Of a stretch of 64,000 bases of DNA, positions 33,891-45,600 are shown one piece after another (position 1 is the stretch's first letter; every line of letters begins with the position of its first letter). The notes under the pieces were generated by a model that made no database searches, was not told the origin of the DNA, and saw only the letters and a list, made by a program, of their open reading frames with translations. The DNA is from Podarcis vaucheri (Eukaryota): assembly GCA_965113315.1 (NCBI GenBank), contig OZ220378.1. One strand, 5' to 3'. The position numbers and the translations under genes are program-made.

Positions 33891-36488
33891 ATGAATTCGT
33901 TTGTCGCGCTTCCCCGGCGCGAGGTGTACGCCCTAGACAACACGGAAAAGGCCAACCAGCAGCTGCATGACCACTACCAGCGGATCCTCGCCCCCCTGTC
34001 CCTCTTCCCGGCCACCGTCTCCAGGTTGAGGAGCTCGATCGACAAAGGGTCCTCTGCCATCTCGTCCCTGCAGAAGCCTGTGCCTGTGCCCATCTCCCTG
34101 GCCAACCTCATGCAGCTGCTAAAAGGCCGGATGGAGGTGGGGACCCAGTGGCAGCAAGTACCCAGCCCACACCAGCGGGCCTTCCAGCAGGTCATCCTAA
34201 CTGAGGTCAAGCACATCTTTAAGGATGTACAGCGTTCCCTGTATGACCCAGCCTTCAGTCCCCAGGAAAATAGGGAACTCTACCAGCACCTGGTGACTTA
34301 CATTGGCTTGGTATGCCAGCACCTTTTCCGTCGCTATCTGTCTGTCATGGAGCACCATCGTGCACTGTCTGTCTTCACGGACTGTGCTAACCTAACTCGC
34401 TTCTCTGCTCAACTCTCTCTGGACTGTTCCAGGCTCCTCAATGTAGCAGCCGTCCGCCACCGCCTAATAATGGACACGAAGACCCTGCAACTCCGCCAGA
34501 CCGAAACGTCCAGGAAACGGGTTAGTATGGCAGGTTGGAGGTCAACGCAGATGGACGCATGCCATCTGCGTTTCAGCATTGACTACTTCATCAGGCTTAT
34601 GAAACCTCACATAACAACAATGAGACAGAAGATAGCGAAGGATATCAAGGAATTGGAGGACTTACCTTTGTTAGACATGAACAAAATAAAGCAGTTAAAT
34701 CTACCAAGACCGAGCTCTAGTAGCCACTTTAGACAAATGCAGTCTGATGTGTTGACAATGCCATGCTCACGCACCAGTACTTTAGGAGATCGGTCTAAAC
34801 TCCAGCGGGTTAAGCATGCCCTTTCTAGCAGTCTCAAGAGGAGCCAGTCGTTGCCCAATATGAGAGTTGGACAGCTCCTAGCAGATGAACTTGGAATTCG
34901 TTTATCTGTGCGCCCTATCAGTCCTGATCTGCCTTGTCATTATGGTGAGACCACTGAAGATGATGGGCTCAAGGGAATGGCCGGGCTGGCTGAGGACCTC
35001 CGAAGACTAGCACAGAGAACAGTCCTGAAAAGCAGCCAGCAGAAAGGAGAGCAGGATGAGGATTTAGAGCTCCCTCCCCTCATTAAAGCCTTGACACGGC
35101 GCAAGACTAATGAAGTTCGCCTTGAGCAGCTTCAGAGAATACTTTGCTCTCTGCAACGAGAGGAGTCCTTTGAGATGTCACGGAAGAACACCATGATTGC
35201 TGCCCCAGCCACACATCCTCAGGCTGCAACAGTGAACTTTAAAGTCAATGAAAGGATGGTTGTGAAGGCAGCTGATATGCAAGTGTCAGAAAGAACCTAC
35301 GTAGAAGCTGTGTCTATGGAGATATGTCCAGTAATTTACAATCACCTCCTTGGAGAGATAGATAATGCTACAGTGAAGTCTCTAGATGCAAATCTTTCGA
35401 CTGGTGAAGAGGTCAGGGAGATGTACAAGGAACTAATGAATACTATCCCAAAAGACCACTTGAAATTCGACCTAGGGCCCATGATAGAATCCCCTGCAAC
35501 CAACATTCAACTGGCTGGGTGCTTTGCTTCCTCAACATTGACTAGGGGGGAAAGTGAACAGGTCATTAATAAAGAGCTGAGTAACATCCTGCCACCTGGA
35601 CCATTTGTCCCTGAGGAAGTGTCAGAGAGCCCAAATGTACCCTTCAAAAAAAATACTGGTAAAAAAACCTCTTGGCTTAAATGGTGGAAAGCAACATTCA
35701 ACACTGACGATTACTTGAAATACATTGGCACCAAGGAGTCTGACTATTTGCCAGTGATATTTCATTTATACAGCGTTAAGGAAGATGAGGAGCAACAGCC
35801 TGTATTAGATGAGGTGCAAGTAAAGAAACAAGTGAAAGTGAAGAGAGACGTGATAAAGAAAGCTGCTGAACTTCAAACCAAGAAGGAAGAGTTTGAGCAT
35901 GGGAAGTGGAATTCCAAATGCGCCATGCTGCGGGGGTTGGAAAATGTTTTTTGCTCTGACCACACATCTGAGGATCTCAAGGTCTTTCAGAGAAGGCTGG
36001 AAAGACTGTGGACAGTTCTTCATTTCTCTGAACAGGAAAGGCTGGATATGGCAATTAAGTACAGCTCCAACCCATATTACTGGCTGCTCCCAGACATGCT
36101 CCAAGCTTGGGAGACAGCAGCACGGTCTATCCAGGACCGAGAACTCCTGCTGGCTGATTTGGAACAGTTTGAAGAAACTGCTTCGAATCCAAACCGCTTG
36201 TTTGACCTGGCCCCCCGCTCCTTCATAGCACGAATGAAGGAATCCAGAACCAGGAACCGCTTGCGCTCTGAGTTGGCCCAGTATGACTCAGAGCTCTATA
36301 TCATCCTGAACAATATCAAAGAGTCTTACAATGACACAGTGACCTACAAGGGACGCCCATACCTGCAGAAGATGGCATGGGACACAGTGGAGATGCTCTA
36401 TTGGCTACAGCAGGAGCGACGTGCCAATACATTGAGGAGAGTCGTCCAGAAAAGGGGCCTAATTCGAAGACTTCCTCCTATCACTTAG
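33891..36488 (+). CDS. CCDC87: Coiled-coil domain-containing protein 87 (intronless, about 865 aa)
   Basis: Single uninterrupted 2.6-kb ORF; first in-frame ATG in gccATG context at 33891. YQRILAPLSLFP, VFTDCANLTRFSAQL, QRRLERLWTVLHFSEQERLDMAIKYSS and TYKGRPYLQKMAWDTVEMLYWLQQERR resemble CCDC87. Head-to-head with CCS as in mammals. Confidence 0.9.
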   Translation: MNSFVALPRREVYALDNTEKANQQLHDHYQRILAPLSLFPATVSRLRSSIDKGSSAISSLQKPVPVPISLANLMQLLKGRMEVGTQWQQVPSPHQRAFQQVILTEVKHIFKDVQRSLYDPAFSPQENRELYQHLVTYIGLVCQHLFRRYLSVMEHHRALSVFTDCANLTRFSAQLSLDCSRLLNVAAVRHRLIMDTKTLQLRQTETSRKRVSMAGWRSTQMDACHLRFSIDYFIRLMKPHITTMRQKIAKDIKELEDLPLLDMNKIKQLNLPRPSSSSHFRQMQSDVLTMPCSRTSTLGDRSKLQRVKHALSSSLKRSQSLPNMRVGQLLADELGIRLSVRPISPDLPCHYGETTEDDGLKGMAGLAEDLRRLAQRTVLKSSQQKGEQDEDLELPPLIKALTRRKTNEVRLEQLQRILCSLQREESFEMSRKNTMIAAPATHPQAATVNFKVNERMVVKAADMQVSERTYVEAVSMEICPVIYNHLLGEIDNATVKSLDANLSTGEEVREMYKELMNTIPKDHLKFDLGPMIESPATNIQLAGCFASSTLTRGESEQVINKELSNILPPGPFVPEEVSESPNVPFKKNTGKKTSWLKWWKATFNTDDYLKYIGTKESDYLPVIFHLYSVKEDEEQQPVLDEVQVKKQVKVKRDVIKKAAELQTKKEEFEHGKWNSKCAMLRGLENVFCSDHTSEDLKVFQRRLERLWTVLHFSEQERLDMAIKYSSNPYYWLLPDMLQAWETAARSIQDRELLLADLEQFEETASNPNRLFDLAPRSFIARMKESRTRNRLRSELAQYDSELYIILNNIKESYNDTVTYKGRPYLQKMAWDTVEMLYWLQQERRANTLRRVVQKRGLIRRLPPIT

Positions 36489-37609
36489 AGACTGGTACCA
36501 CTGTTTAGCTCAATGGCCAACACACCAAGATGGCAGTGGAGAAGACATCTTTTCTGCACATGCACCAAATTCATCCACATACTTTTCCAGCAGACCTCTC
36601 CTTCAGCCAAGCCAAAGGTTGAAAAACATGGAGGCAGACCCCAACAACCTAGATTCAGTTTGTAGTGTCATGGTCTATTGGTGCAATAAGGGAAAGAGCA
36701 GAGAGTGGTGGTGGGGAAAATGTGGGCATGCACCAAACATCCAGAATATGTTTAGCTCATTCCAAATTTCAGAAGGGTTGTCAGTTTGTGAGATGTGCCT
36801 TATCCACAAATGAATTGGATCCTATGAAGAATTTAAGGTTCCCCTATATCCTCAAATTAAAAATGTTTCTTGTCCTCATGATTTGAAGTGCTGCCATGAT
36901 CTTTGAAGTAATTGCTTACAGACATTAGGCCTGCTATGAATTTCTTCCCTATGGCTTACCTTGCCATCTTACCAAAATTCTATTAGACCATGATTTTGCA
37001 AAGAATCCTGATGTGCCTGCCATGCACATTCTCTTCAATCCCCCAGGGCCTCTGGCACAGGTTGTGTCCAGCCTGTGTCAGTGCCCCTGGGGGATGGAGG
37101 AAGCGGGATGTGGCAATTTAGTGTGTCTTCAGAGTTTTGGCTACTGTACTACAGGTTCTACAAAACTGCAAGCATACAGTACAGGTTGCTTTGATGGAGC
37201 TGGGGTGGTGGGGTTCTGCTCCATCCCATAGTTGAGTAATGGGGGACCTGGCTTACCCATCAATCTTACATGGCAACTGGAGGGTAGATGTAGAGCAACG
37301 GTTGTTGTTGTTGTTGTGCAGGGTAGATGTAGAGCAACAGTAGTGGTTGTCAGCAACTAGTTTTCCTACAGTAGAAACCAAGACCACAATCCTCATTCCA
37401 GAGTGGTTTTCAAGTAGTTACGCTATCATATGAAACTATTCATACCTGTTAGTAACAAAGAGGCAGCTAAAATCCTTTGGGGGGATAGATTTGGCAGAGC
37501 TGCCAGTTGCATATCTCTATAGTAGACACCCAACTTTCTCCCCACTCAGTCCTCGTCAGTCTTCTCTGGCTATTGCAAATGGATTCCAGGAGAGGTCTGC
37601 AGGTTGGTA

Positions 37610-37870
37610 ACATGAGAGTGGACCTTTTCTGCAGTGGCTCCCCATTTGTGGCATGCTCTCCCTAGGGAGGCTTGCCTGGCACCTTCATTATACACCTTTA
37701 GGCACCAGGCAAAAACATCTCTTCAACCAAGCCTTTGGCCAATTAACATTCTATGTACTTTTAGATGTGTATTGGGGGGGTTGTTTTGCTTTGCTTTCGT
37801 TCTTGTGTCTTTTTATGCTGTGAACTGCCCTGAGATCTTTGGATGAAGGGTGGTATACTGATTTAATAAC
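37610..37870 (+). mobile_element. L2-type LINE 3' end
   Basis: gtggctccccatttgtggcatgctctccc...tgtgaactgccctgagatc...gaagggtggtata, resembling the squamate L2 3' end. Confidence 0.55.
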
Positions 37871-38217
37871 AGATAAAATAGCTTTGTGAGGTCTGCCTGA
37901 AAAGCAGTACAACTTACTGCACCCTATTGCCCTGTAGAAATTTTGGATTACAACTTCCATCAACCACCAGGTGATGATGGGTGTGGTGTATAAATGCCTT
38001 AAGGCTTAAATATTCAGTATTGGTGGCCAGTTTGGTGGTTGAATAAATGCCTGCTGATCCTTCTATCAACTACTGTATCAATTGTTGCAAATGAAGCAGG
38101 ATGACAAAATCACAGGCCAAAGTTGCTGGTTAGAAGAAGAAAGGGTATGCCATGAGCACTTTGCACTACTGCACAGATAAATTTGTGTACCAGATAGTTT
38201 ATCATTGACACCCAAAA

Positions 38218-38368
38218 GATAGCTCCGTTGGTTACCGCATAGTGCTGATAACACCAAGGTTGCAGGTTTGATCCCCATAAGGGACAGCTGCATATTCCTG
38301 CATTGCAGGAGGTTAGACTAGATTATCCTTAGGGTCCCTTCCAACTCTACAGTTCTATGATTCTATGA
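38218..38368 (+). mobile_element. tRNA-derived SINE with CR1-like tail
   Basis: Head tagctccgttggtta...ggttgcaggtttgatcccc (A/B boxes) fused to gtcccttccaactctacagttctatgattctatga. Confidence 0.7.
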
Positions 38369-39504
38369 GAAAACAGTTGAGATGCTAGCAGAATAAAACC
38401 TCTGGTATGTGACTCAGAACAAGCAGCTGGGGAAGCACAATAGGAAAAGGTCCAGTTTGACTTCAAGGAAAGTTGCTTTCTGGGTCCAAATGTGGCTTGT
38501 AGTGTAAGCAAGACCAGCGCTCCACCCTTTCTGCTTTGCTGTCCCTTGTTGCTTGGAGGTGCCTCTCAGAACACCTACATGATGCAAGCTCTCTTCTAAT
38601 CCATCATCAAAAGCAAGCTGCATAAAGCCTTTGGTCCCCCATCCTGTGCTGTATCTCAGCAAAGACTACAAACCTAGTCCTGCTTACCTGGGAGTGAGCC
38701 CCACTGTGTTTTGAGTAGACGTGGTTAGGATTGCACTGTAACCAACCCTTAGCATGAGACAACTGGAAAATGGGATAGTGGCGGAACATGCATGTAGAGA
38801 TCAGTAAATCTCACACCTTGCAGCATCTTGTGATTGCTATTTGACATCACAGCAGGGTTTCTCTCAAGTGAACAAGTGGCAGCTAGAAAGTGAGAAGGGT
38901 GGTCCCCACGAGGGATAGGCATATCCTCCCACACATTTGCAATTTTAGGCTAAAACAGGGGTAAACAACTCAACACTAAGGACCGCTCTGTATTAACTCA
39001 AGAGGCTGCGCCTCTATGTTAACCATCACAAAGCAACTTTTTGGCCATATGGTTAACTCAGCCTTTGTTTTATGGGCTGTAGTAATATGCACGTATGGGC
39101 TTGTGGGTGTGGGGAAGAGGGAGATGTATAGAATTACGAAATGATGCTCACTTCAGACCAACCAATTCCTGCCGGGAAGAAACAGCAGATGGGATTGATC
39201 TCCCTAGGCCTCAGATGATAGTTCTTGTGCAACTGACAAATGAAGCAATAAATAAGACATTTAGACATCCTGCTGTACAATAAAGTGAAATAGCCTAACT
39301 CAGGAGAGCAAAAAGAAATCAACCTTCAGTTTTGCAGGGGGCTGAACTTTGCAGATGGCCTGCAGCAGAGGGAATGTTCGCTCATCAGGTGCCTAAATAG
39401 CTACACTGTCCCATTTCACTTTAACACATATCATAGGGGCTTCACAACTGCTTTAAGTTATCGTTTTGTCTTTTAGTCTATAGTACAGCAGACAAAAACT
39501 CTCA

Positions 39505-40083
39505 GGCATCTGTTACAAATGTTTTATTTTACTGGAGAAAAAGTTTTGTCAAACTTCAGAGAACAAAAGTCACAGGTTAATTATCAGTATAAGGAGGATT
39601 CCACAGGAGGGAATAAACTCAGGAAAATACCAAATATGACAAAACAAAACAAAAAAAAGGAAAAAAAGGGGGGGAGTACTGATTATTCACTTTCAAAATT
39701 AAGCCACAAATAGGGAGACAGAAACTGAGCTGGGAGGGAAGGCTGTGGCTTAAAATAGGCTCCAGAAGGAGAAGAGCTTGCCTCCTGTTCCACTCAGGAC
39801 CACCCTAAACTTAAAATCCAGGTCTAGGCAGGGGCTGAAATGTCAGTTATTGCCCACAACACCTTCCGCACAACACATCCCTCCCCCAGCCCTGCAAAAA
39901 TCCTTGGGAAATGTGTTCTATTATTTTTTTTTAAGGAAAGTTAGTTGTCACTAAACTTTGAAGAGACACAAGATGTCCATTAGTGAGACCATGCTAAACA
40001 CAAATTGACACATCGTGAAGCCTGGCACAGTTTTGTCGCGGATGTACCACAGGAACCCGACGTCCAGCCCTCAAATAGCCTAC
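39505..40083 (-). other. RBM4: RBM4-family non-coding terminal exon (3'UTR)
   Basis: Acceptor tgtcttttatttttcag at 40084-40100 and AATAAA on minus at 39523-39528. It would pair with the donor 8 nt after the stop codon (42659). The 3' end is approximate. Confidence 0.65.
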
Positions 40084-41389
40084 CTGAAAAATAAAAGACA
40101 CAATTCATTTGAAGGCTCAAAGGTGGATCTCTGCCTAGAGTGCCTAGAGGGAACCCAGGACCACGTTGCACAGGATTCCAACACAAAGATCTTCACTTCT
40201 AAGGATGGTGCGTGAGTACCTACCCAAACTTCTGAATGTCAAGAAAGCTGTATGTGAGGCTGGTGGAAGGAACAGGCATCAGGGATAGAAAGAGAAAGAG
40301 AACTCAGAATTGTAACTATTTCACAAATAGCTCTGGAAAGATAATTATCAGCATATTCCTCGGTGGTTTACAAAGCATCCCACTTTGGCTGGGAGCCATA
40401 ATACAGGATGAGCAGTTTAAGGGAACATTGGTCACCACAACCCCAATTAATGTGAAATATATATTTTGAAAAGCAAAAGAACCTCCCTATTTATAGGAAA
40501 TTCTCAGTGTGCTCATTTTAGTTACAGATTTCCTGAAATGTAAGCAACTAGTTAAAATGCACATTGGGGCAACCACTTTTGGGGCAATGCTTCATTTGTT
40601 GGCATTTGCAATCCACCCTGAAGCAGGACTAAGACTCCCTTCTCTCAGCTCAGACCAGTGACTGACACTGCCTCCCAAGTTCCTAGGCAGAGGTCCTTTT
40701 CCCACAACCAGGGATCCTTTTAACACGAGATGAAGGGTACTGAACCTGAGACCTTCTGTATGCAGAGCTCTACCAGTGAGCTGTGGTCTCTTCACTGAGC
40801 AAGCTGCCTTACTCCAATTTAGATTACTTCTCCATCTAGTCTTATGTTGTCTACTCCAACTGGCAGCAGCTTTCCAGAGTTTCACTGAGAAAATGGGTTT
40901 CTCCAACACCTGTTACTTAATCCTTTGGGGGGAGACTGCGCCTGGGACCTTCTGCATTCAAAGCACAAGTTCTACCAGTGATCTACAGCCTATGTCAACT
41001 GTAGTTAAACCCTGACTTGCATGTGAATTGCCCATCCATTCTGACAGACTACCGAGGAGCCTCAGGCTATCCTACTGTGCACTGGGGTCATACATACCCT
41101 ACAAACAGCAAATGGTGGCATTTGCTATTATTGCAGTTGGTTGCAAGCAAAACAAACCTACGGGACTCCTCGTTCCCGTCAACTGCACACAATTCAACCT
41201 AACTTCCAGATGAATGCATGCTGACTACCTGAACAGGGAGCTGCTGTGTATTTGTGCTCAATAAAAATGTTGCAGTTAGAAAAAGGGGAGGAAGAAAAAT
41301 CCCTCAATATGGGGAATTATTAGGGTGAGATTGCAAACAGAATTACAAGTGTAATAATATGCATCTGTGGTATGGTAACATTTTATAAT

Positions 41390-41960
41390 GCTGCATATTA
41401 TCCTATCCCTCAAAAGGCATCACACAGCTGGAAGAAATACAGAAAGGAAGCAATTAAGATATCAAGGGGGTGGAGTGCTTTCATTATAATATAAGGCTTT
41501 TAGTTTTTGTTTTAGAAAGAAGGAAAATGGGATGGATGGAGAGAGGTTTATAAAATAATGAACCACATGGGGAAAATGTGGAAAGAAAATTATTCACCCT
41601 CTCTTACACTACTAGGACTCAGTGTTACCTGCCAAAAATAATTTGCAATGGGTTTAGAATAGAGAAAATCAGAGTATTCCTTCATATAATGTATGATTAA
41701 CTCAAGAAATTTACTATCAGAAGATGGGGTGATGGCTACTGAATTATGTGGCTTTTAAAAAGAATCAGACAAATTCATAAAGGAGGATATCTTCTCAATG
41801 GCCACCTCCATGAATTGAGCAGGACAACTCTGAATGAATGCTGGAGTAGACGAGGGAAGCTCAACTTTATGCCCAGCTTGGGACGTACCTAATTAGCCAC
41901 TGCTGTAAGGAGAAGGCTGGTCTAGGCAGATCTTGGTCTGATTCAGCATGGGTAATCTTG
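41390..41960 (+). mobile_element. Degenerate CR1 LINE 3' region
   Basis: Decayed CR1-like ORF2 end (ggagaggtttataaaataatg...actaggactcagtg...ttcttcata...gtgatggctact). Confidence 0.5.
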
Positions 41961-42667
41961 TGTAAGGAGATGTTGAAACTGCACCTTTGACAAGCTGTCA
42001 TCTTTGAAAATCCACAGGCCCTCTGCGAATGACCCTCCTAGCACACAGCTCAGAGATGAAGCTGGGGAATCTTCTGGATGCTTAAAGACTTGCTGCTTAT
42101 TTCAGAGCAGCATTGTCTAAAGGCCACTGCATCTCCTGCAAGCCAGAGTGACTGCTACACCTCAGCCCCAGCCTCTATAGTGCATACCAAGCTACATATG
42201 CAAGGGGGGTGCTGGCAGCCTTGTGAGCAGATGGCAAAGGTACAAGGTCAATGGCAACAGTGGGGAAAACAACCGAAGCACTTGGGCTGGAGAGCAAGAA
42301 ATTGACAGACAGGGCCAGATTTTAAGAGCAGGAGAGTGGAGCCTATTCTTCCCATGGGAAAATACTCAGTCCAGCTATGCAGCAAAACCCTCAAGGACAG
42401 CTTGCTTCTCCTCCCTCTATTGCTGGGCTGGTGACAGTGGTCCAAACTACACCTCCCACACCCAGCTGCATCGCTTGCTCCAGGTTGCCTATGCTGCCAA
42501 TGCTAGGCCTATGCTGCTGCCAGCAGCTTTGCAATCCAGAGCACAGCAGATACCAGAAGGTATCCCTCAAGACACAGCAGACCATTTTCCCAAGTCTCAC
42601 CAGCCACGTTAATGTGCCATCCCCCTCCTCCAAGCGACTCAGGAAAAAAACGCTCTCACCTCCAGAC

Positions 42668-45600
42668 TCAATACGCGGAGTATCGCAACCTGTCCGCGCC
42701 TGCATCCCGCCCGAACCGCTGGACATCGTAGAGGGATGATCGCGGAACGGGAGAAAGCTGAACACGCTCGTATCCGTACACGTCTCCGACGGTGGAAGCC
42801 GCAGCTGCCGAGCGACGCAGGGGGCTTCTATCCCGGGTGTAAAATGAGGAAGTCGCGGCCGCCGCCGCAGCAGCTACTGCTGCTGCAGTTCCCGAGGCAG
42901 GCAGCAAGGCCCTTTCGTAGGGCTCTAAGGCAGTGGAGAGGCGATTGGCCATGGCCGTGGCTTGTGAGTACTGGGCGTACTGGGAATACTGGGCCATGGT
43001 CTGCTCCGCATAAGCGTCGTATGCAGAAGCCCCATACGCCGCGGCGGACCTCGCGCGATACCGTTTATAGTAGTCCACCATTCCGTAAGGGTCATCATAA
43101 TACACGGGGTCCCCATAGCCCGTAGGGTAGGGGGTGCGCACCATTCCGTATTGCTCGCTATAAGTTTCGGTCAACTCGGGCACTTGCCCCGTGCGATCTA
43201 CCGGGCACTCTTTAGACCAGTGACCCTCCTTCCCACACCGGTAGCAGCCACTCTTGTCTCCCATCCCGGGTGCGGTCCTGAGACGGCTGGTGGACAACTG
43301 CACGCGCATTCGTTTGCCTTGAAGAAACAGACGCAAGAAGGGCAGCTATAAAGATTTGTTAAAAACAGTTCAAAGCAAAGCATAGCAGGTCAGGTTTGTT
43401 TGCTTGTTTATGTCACGACAACCAGCTTGCCCAGCCTGCACAGCTAACAGTACAAGAGGCAAAATAAAAAGTGTTTCTGGGACCACTGTTTTCTGGGGAA
43501 AGTGGAATCCTGCACCTTCTGACTTGGAATAGCTCACCAATTTACCTGAGGAGCAGAGGATACAGCAGCAGAAGAGTTGTTCCAGTCTGCTTAGGAATGT
43601 GAACTATTTCATTCAATCCCCAAACATGGTTCTGGCTGCAGTAACACAAAAATATTTTGGCAGACCTGCAGAATGTTATGGTAAAGCCCGAATGAGCCAG
43701 CAGACCCAGGAGGTTTGGGTTCAAAAACTTTGCTAGCTTACTTAGCTAGCTCACTGTATGGCTGCATCGGGAAACATACAATATCCCAATACGTGGTCCT
43801 GAACACTCCAGAAAAAACTGTTGCTGTTATTTTGTTTTAAAATAACATTTGTGACCCTTATGAGGGGATTAAATGCTTATAGGGGCATAGCAATGTATGC
43901 TAAAGGTTCTAAAAGGATATGAAGAAAGTTCCAACTCTGGTTTCACATTGAATTAATCCTTACATTCTTGATCCACTCTTCCTTGTCTCTCCATTTTCCA
44001 AAGGCAACAGCACTTCCCTGACCCTGACACCAATAAAGCTTGCATATAATGAATCAAATGTAATCTATTCATTCTGCTCAGAGGGATCTTGCAGGATAAG
44101 GCTTCCTGAGTTTCCAAGAAATGCAGTTAATTGAGATCCCTGTCTCTATTCCTGGCCTATCACAGACAGACAGACTTTTTCATGCCCAGAGAAATGACTA
44201 GCACAGCAACTAAATGGAAGCTAGAGTGGTTGCAGGGCATCAGGGAGGACAGTGACCCCTTATGGAAGTCATAAACCAAGACCACCCATTTCCTCAAGCC
44301 AGACCAGAACCAGACATGCACCACAAATGAAAGATTTACACTTGGCACACAGCCAAACAGAGCACAGCTTAATTCTTACAAGGCCAGCCAAGTCTTTTTC
44401 TTTCTGCTGCCACTTGCCTTAGAATCATAGAACTGGAAGGGGCCACGAGGGCGACCGAGTTCAATCCCCCGCAATACAGGAATCCTTCAGCCTTGTGGTC
44501 TTACCATGCACAGAGACTGATAACATCCACCCAGCAATGCAGGGCAGGTGTTGCTCACCAAACTAGCCTAGTCCATCTTTTAATTGAGGACAACTGTTTA
44601 CAGTCTGTGCCCTCATATTTCAGCAGTGAAAAGGTTTAAAGTTCAACCCAGCTGATTTCTGCAACATGCATCCAAAAGGCTACTAACAATGGCTATCTGA
44701 TACCTGTAGTGGCAGTCAAAATACCAGTCACGAGGAAGCATGAGTGGGAAAGGGCTCAGGTTCTACCTGAGGGCTTCCGAGAGACATCTGGATGCTCACT
44801 ACGGGAAACTGTGTGTTGGTCTGACACAGCAGGGCAATTCTTACGCATGAAGCCCCCTACAAACTTGCCCCAAGACCACTGCTCCTTTTCAGCTCTCCTT
44901 TATTCCAACACGCCCCCTGGGAACAGGGGAATCTCAACCACCCCCACCCCCGCGCATCTTGTTAGGATAGTGGAGAGGAAGGGAACCTTTTTGTGCCTGG
45001 GGTTTTCATGCACAGTTCAGCAGCTGCTTTTGCTCCTAGACAACAAGCCCTGGATAAAACCTACCTCCTGATGGAAAGAGGCCAGGTCATCCTGAGAGTA
45101 GTGTTTGAAATTTCCCAGGTGCCTTTTGCAACTGGCGTGGGTCCAACTGCGACCACGTGGAGATTTCTGGATGCCAGGTTGGCAACTGACCTCTCCATCT
45201 GGCTGGCCCCTCCAGCTATCTTAAGCAGAAGAGCTTATTTATTGCATTTGTATCCCACCTTTTTCTCCAAGGTGCACATGGTTCACCCCCATCCTAAGTT
45301 AATCCCTACAGCAGCCCTGTGAGGTAGGCTAAGAGGCTGTGACAGGCCCAAGGTTACCCAGTGAGCTTCACAACTAAGTGGGGGTTTGAACCCTGATCTC
45401 CCAGGTCCGAGTCAGACACTCTAGCCAATACACCACACTGACTTCTTAGAGTGGGACAGCTATATAAATTAAGTAGGTAAATAAATAAATAAATAAATAA
45501 ATATGGGAAAAGCAAAATGTCACTCAGAAAAGGATCTGAAATATTTTCCTTGAAGCCTGAATTTGTTCTATTCTGGATTGTTTTATCTGATGTTGTAATG

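Noticed and set aside
38218-38290. Possible tRNA gene
   Set aside because: The cloverleaf is degenerate and fused to a CR1-like tail, so it is a SINE head.
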